Below are positions 24,968-28,550 of a stretch of DNA of 28,550 bases, piece by piece. This DNA is from a virus (lineage: Duplodnaviria; Caudoviricetes), in IMG/VR virus record IMGVR_UViG_3300049182_000174, positions 1-28,550 of that record, one strand, 5' to 3'. The notes below the pieces were generated by a model. It did not search any database, was not told where the DNA came from, and worked only from the letters and a program-made list of their open reading frames with translations. How positions within the stretch are numbered: position 1 is the first letter of the stretch; each line of letters starts with the position of its first letter. Both the position numbers and the translations under genes were made by a program.

Positions 24968-25498
24968 TTATGGCATCGATTGGACAAACCTGCCTGCGAC
25001 GATGCCGGCTGGTTGTTCAACGTACATTCGCTTGAGCGTGAACTTAAGGCCCAACCCGTCACCGCCGAAGCTGAGCGTTTCCCCTTCACGAATACGGAAG
25101 TTAGGATTGGCGTATTGGACCGTGCTGATAACCTTCTGCACGGTGCAGCGTCCCATCATCGTTTCGACTGGACCTTTTGCCTCGGCGAGAGTGTATTGGA
25201 ATTCGATTCCGGCGAGATCCCAGTGCCCATATGCAAACGCACTGATTGCGAGTCCCGACTTATAGGTCGGCGGCACTGTGAAATGTTCAGGCGGTGGACA
25301 GGAGTATGCCATTGGCAGCTGTTGAATTTGGCCGTCATTGATCTCCTGATTGCGAGGGAGTAAGGCGTCGGCTGCATAGATGACCTTGCCTGCCTGGGTC
25401 ATTTCAACATGGACTTCAAAAAATTTCGGAACTTGAATCGGCTCGGCCTGCGCTGCAAACGGCAGTGCGAAGGCGGCAGTAAATAGTAGTTTTTTCAT
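24968..25498 (-). CDS. Moron: secreted/periplasmic hypothetical protein (176 aa)
   Basis: Clear Sec signal MKKLLFTAAFALPFAAQA|E; beta-rich mature part with two Cys. Confidence 0.78.
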   Translation of the reverse strand: MKKLLFTAAFALPFAAQAEPIQVPKFFEVHVEMTQAGKVIYAADALLPRNQEINDGQIQQLPMAYSCPPPEHFTVPPTYKSGLAISAFAYGHWDLAGIEFQYTLAEAKGPVETMMGRCTVQKVISTVQYANPNFRIREGETLSFGGDGLGLKFTLKRMYVEQPAGIVAGRFVQSMP

Positions 25499-25524
25499 GT
25501 GCTCGCATTGTCGAGTATTCAAAA

Positions 25525-25626
25525 CAGGGCGCCGTGCCTGCCTGCGCGAACAGGCGGGCACGGCCTCAATCCACTGATCAGGCCAGTGAACCGAGCAAGG
25601 CTCTGCTACCTCCCGGGAGGCGGCGG
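25525..25626 (+). ncRNA. Candidate cis-regulatory structured RNA upstream of the methylase
   Basis: 14-bp hairpin 25531-44/25551-64, hairpin 25572-76/25584-88, closing helix 25525-30/25600-05, palindrome CCTCCCGGGAGG at 25609-20. Confidence 0.5.
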
Positions 25627-25661
25627 AAGTCTAGCATAGTTAACAACAAAAAGGTTTACTA

Positions 25662-26450
25662 ATGGCAACACCTATTATTCCTTGGATCGGGGGCAAGCGA
25701 CGCTTGGCCGACAGTCTTATTCCCCAATTCCCTCCGCACACTTGCTACGTCGAGGTATTTGCCGGCGGCGCCGCGCTGTTCTTCATGCGCCCGCCAGCCG
25801 ACGTCGAAGTAATCAACGACATTAACGGCGAACTTGTAAACCTGTACCGGGTCGTCAAGAATCACCTGGAGGAGTTCGTCCGCCAGTTCAAATACGCTCT
25901 TTCCAGCCGCGACGTTTTCAAGTGGCTACAGGACACGCCGCCGCACACGTTGACGGACATCCAGCGCGCGGCGCGCTTCTTCTATCTACAGCAGCAGGCC
26001 TTTGGTGGCAAGGTGCAGGGACAAACCTGGGGCACTGCAACCACGGCGCCGCCGGTCAACCTGCTGCGCATCGAGGAGAATCTGTCGGCCGCACATTTAC
26101 GCTTGGCCAGTGCCTACATCGAGAATATGGACTGGTACAAGTGCATTGAACGATATGACCGGCCGCACACGTTGTTCTATCTTGATCCGCCGTACTGGCA
26201 AACTGAAGGGTATGGCGTGGACTTCCCTCTGTCAGAGTACGAGCGCATGGCCGTCTTGATGGCACGGTTGAAGGGTAAGGCGATTCTTAGCCTAAATGAC
26301 CACCCCGATATCAGGCGCGTATTCGCGCGCTTCCAAATGGAGACGACAGGCATTTCCTACACTGTGGGCGGCGGTGGCCGGGCCGTGGATCGTCAGGAAT
26401 TGATAATCTATAGTTGGGATCGAGCCGCGGAGCCAGCTGGCCTGTTCTAA
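25662..26450 (+). CDS. DNA adenine methyltransferase (Dam/D12 class), orphan
   Basis: PWIGGK, YVEVFAGG (SAM binding), INDIN, FYLDPPY catalytic motif; no cognate restriction gene adjacent. Confidence 0.95.
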   Translation: MATPIIPWIGGKRRLADSLIPQFPPHTCYVEVFAGGAALFFMRPPADVEVINDINGELVNLYRVVKNHLEEFVRQFKYALSSRDVFKWLQDTPPHTLTDIQRAARFFYLQQQAFGGKVQGQTWGTATTAPPVNLLRIEENLSAAHLRLASAYIENMDWYKCIERYDRPHTLFYLDPPYWQTEGYGVDFPLSEYERMAVLMARLKGKAILSLNDHPDIRRVFARFQMETTGISYTVGGGGRAVDRQELIIYSWDRAAEPAGLF

Positions 26451-26584
26451 ATTGATTGCGTGCCCGACACTTGAACCGCGCTGGTGGAGCGGTGTCAGGC
26501 CAGCGTGAATCGGCTTGCGTGCGCACCTCACGAGGCGGTTTCTTGTCTAAGTCAACTGCAGGCGGCGATGACTGTTTCGGTTTT

Positions 26585-27457
26585 CTAGTGGAGGACTGCA
26601 CGTGAGCATAATTCCATTTCGCTGACAGTCTTGATTTGCTCCGCCAAGTCTTCGGGCAACCAATGCAGGGTCATTCGCATTTTGTTACCTTCTGGCGCTA
26701 ACTGCCGGTGGTAACAAAGGCCCCCATCCGGGGTCGCTATACGTTCTCTATACATCAGGATGCGATTGGCCACAGGCATGGCTTGGCTTCTTCGAAGGGC
26801 CAAGACTGCAATGCAGAGTTTCGATATTTCGCTCCGCCAAACATCCAGGTGATCGAATAGCGGGAAGTCTGAAAGAGTCTCAAGTTCTAGGGCGACTTTC
26901 GCACCAAAAACAGATCGTTCATCGATTAGGGACTGCACATCCAGGCGCACGTGTAGAGCCGCCCCCGCTAATGAGTCTTCGAACCGTACGCCAACTGGGG
27001 GCATTCCTATATGTTGGCAATAATTTCGCAACTTATAAAAGAATCGGTACTCGAAGTTAGTGTCAAACGCCTCGTTTTGCATTAACTTAAAATTCTGGAA
27101 TTCTTCGGAGTTTTCCCCGAACTGGCGCCTGTAGGAGGCTTCGGTGTGATCGATGAGCGCTTTAAATGCAGTAAGGGAGTTTAGTAAAAGGCGAGAGAAT
27201 TCTTGCGAGGCGGACTGGATAATCCTCCGATTCATCTGACCAGATTTTTGAAACTCCTTTAGATGCCACTCCGATGCCGAGTATATTTCTCTGATATTCA
27301 CAAGCAGCGCTTCGACTAAATGCAGGCTTCCTGTGTAGTGACGTATTAGCGGCAATTCGCGAATGTATTGAGCATGGTCAAACAGACCTAGGTTTGTCAG
27401 TTTGGGTGTAGGCTCGTTTGAGAAATGGGAAAGAATCCAGTCTTCGTTTTGGTCCAT
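26585..27457 (-). CDS. Moron: HEPN-like protein with RxxxxH motif (candidate defence RNase)
   Basis: RLLLNSLTAFKALIDH...YRFFYKLRNYCQHIGMP; helical; low GC (21/60 by hand count at 27001-27060); starts 31 bp after the integrase stop. Confidence 0.7.
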   Translation of the reverse strand: MDQNEDWILSHFSNEPTPKLTNLGLFDHAQYIRELPLIRHYTGSLHLVEALLVNIREIYSASEWHLKEFQKSGQMNRRIIQSASQEFSRLLLNSLTAFKALIDHTEASYRRQFGENSEEFQNFKLMQNEAFDTNFEYRFFYKLRNYCQHIGMPPVGVRFEDSLAGAALHVRLDVQSLIDERSVFGAKVALELETLSDFPLFDHLDVWRSEISKLCIAVLALRRSQAMPVANRILMYRERIATPDGGLCYHRQLAPEGNKMRMTLHWLPEDLAEQIKTVSEMELCSRAVLH

Positions 27458-27488
27458 AGGTAGAATGAGGTCAAATATAGCAGTGTGG

Positions 27489-28550
27489 CTAATTTACTTT
27501 CGATCCGTCGATAGAGGATGAGATAGGGGGCGGCGCTCGATGTAAATCCTTTGCTCGTAAGTGAAGATATCGTGACAGCATTTTCCAATCTCGATGGCCA
27601 GAAACAAGTGCAACCTCTTCAATCGAATAGCGCTGCTCAAAAAGTCGGGACACCCCTTCATGCCGCAAATCGTGGAAGCGTAAATCTTCGATCCCCAGTT
27701 TATTGCATGCCCTGGGGAAAATGGTGCTGATCGTTCCCTCCGTGACAGGGAAGATCCGCTCTTCTTTTTCACGGCGTGGCTGTCGTTTTACGATGTCGTA
27801 TGCTTCGCCCAGGAGGGGAACTTCCTGATCGTTGCCCATCTTTTCTGTCGGGTGCTTGCGGTCGCGGATGATAATGGTACGGTGCGCCTCGTCCAGGTCT
27901 TCCCAGCGTAGACGGATAATCTCGCCTACTCGCATTGCCGTGGCCACCGCAAAATCGATCAGATCTGCCATCGGGACCTTCTGGCGTTTGATTGCGTTGA
28001 AGTGGGCCTTTAGCCGGTTCAACTCGTCGGAAGTAGGGCGGCGGTCGCGCTCCGTGGACTTCGGCGACAGGCCGAGGTAGCGCATGTTATCTCGGGTGGC
28101 GGCAGTCACGGTCGGATCAACCGGCAGGCGCCAGAGATTCTTTGCCGCCTTGAGCACACTGCCGAGGTAGGTCAAGTCAATCGCGATTGTCACACCGCCT
28201 GCGCCCGCCTTTTGCCTGGCCTGCACGTGCTGCGTCAGCCGCTCGACGGTCAGGTCCGGTAGCAGTGTTTCGCCCAACTGGACGCGTAGCGCCGCCAGTA
28301 CGGCTTTCTTATTCTTCCCGAACGGTTTAACGGCGCCGATCTCCTCTGTATACTTGTCGATCAGGTCAGCTACCGTCTTTTTTGATATGATGCGCACGTC
28401 CTGGTGCTTCAGCGCCATCATGTTCGCTTCCGTTGTCGCCGCCCATGCCGTGGCTTGGCCCTTCGTTGGGAACGTACGAGTTTCGGCCGGGAAGCCCTTG
28501 CGCCTTACCTGTGCCCGCCATTGATTTCCTATCTTAATTACCGATGCCAT
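27489..28550 (-). CDS. int: Tyrosine recombinase/integrase
   Basis: WRAQVRRKG arm-binding N-terminus; catalytic TAMRVGEI, FHDLRH, VSGH..W.ML.RY. Confidence 0.96.
   Translation of the reverse strand: MASVIKIGNQWRAQVRRKGFPAETRTFPTKGQATAWAATTEANMMALKHQDVRIISKKTVADLIDKYTEEIGAVKPFGKNKKAVLAALRVQLGETLLPDLTVERLTQHVQARQKAGAGGVTIAIDLTYLGSVLKAAKNLWRLPVDPTVTAATRDNMRYLGLSPKSTERDRRPTSDELNRLKAHFNAIKRQKVPMADLIDFAVATAMRVGEIIRLRWEDLDEAHRTIIIRDRKHPTEKMGNDQEVPLLGEAYDIVKRQPRREKEERIFPVTEGTISTIFPRACNKLGIEDLRFHDLRHEGVSRLFEQRYSIEEVALVSGHRDWKMLSRYLHLRAKDLHRAPPPISSSIDGSKVN

Larger units (their letters stand above)
1..28550. mobile_element. Temperate siphovirus-type prophage segment (HK97-like head, long non-contractile tail); ends not visible
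   Basis: Continuous packaging-head-tail-lysis gene order with many start/stop overlaps, plus a replication gene and a tyrosine integrase. No att repeat identified in the window. Confidence 0.97.

Noticed and set aside
1797-25561. Upstream starts given by the ORF track (1797, 2571, 3760, 6184, 9726, 10869, 18619, 22406, 23514, 23897, 24346, 25561)
   Set aside because: They extend into neighbouring genes or regulatory DNA; downstream starts with an RBS, a stop/start overlap or a signal peptide fit better and were used instead.
26451-26584. Possible att site or terminator between methylase and HEPN-like gene
   Set aside because: Only an imperfect hairpin (about 26462-26500) without a U-tract; no tRNA fragment or second copy in the window to define an att core.
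25662-27457. Methylase plus the 290-aa gene as a restriction-modification pair
   Set aside because: The 290-aa protein shows an RxxxxH helical signature rather than a recognisable PD-(D/E)xK, HNH or GIY-YIG motif; the genes differ in GC and look independently acquired.

Overview
The window is the replication-to-integrase part of a temperate siphovirus-type prophage with HK97-like head genes. It is GC-rich and probably from a betaproteobacterium; an Oxalobacteraceae-like host is my impression only, not a search result. Plus-strand order: 5'-truncated primase/P-loop helicase, iteron-like repeats, Q-like regulator, late promoter/leader/terminator, HNH, cos-like region, TerS, TerL, portal, prohead protease, major capsid, head-tail genes, tail tube, G/GT chaperones (-1 frameshift), tape measure (frame broken at a G7 tract), a two-gene tail tip/fibre with chaperone, a permuted NlpC/P60 protein, holin, M15 endolysin, Rz/Rz1, and a Dam-class methylase. 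The minus strand carries a tyrosine integrase and three accessory genes (morons): two unrelated lower-GC proteins with HEPN-type RxxxxH motifs, and one secreted protein. The most notable unexplained signals are: (i) a perfect 16-bp palindrome, GTGCAGACGTCTGCAC, present three times at intergenic junctions that bracket the late operon; (ii) the two candidate HEPN defence morons; (iii) S-layer-type DUF4214-like repeats in the tape measure protein; (iv) a signal-peptide-like leader on the major capsid protein; (v) two multi-stem RNA leaders. All family names come from motif recognition by eye; no database was searched.
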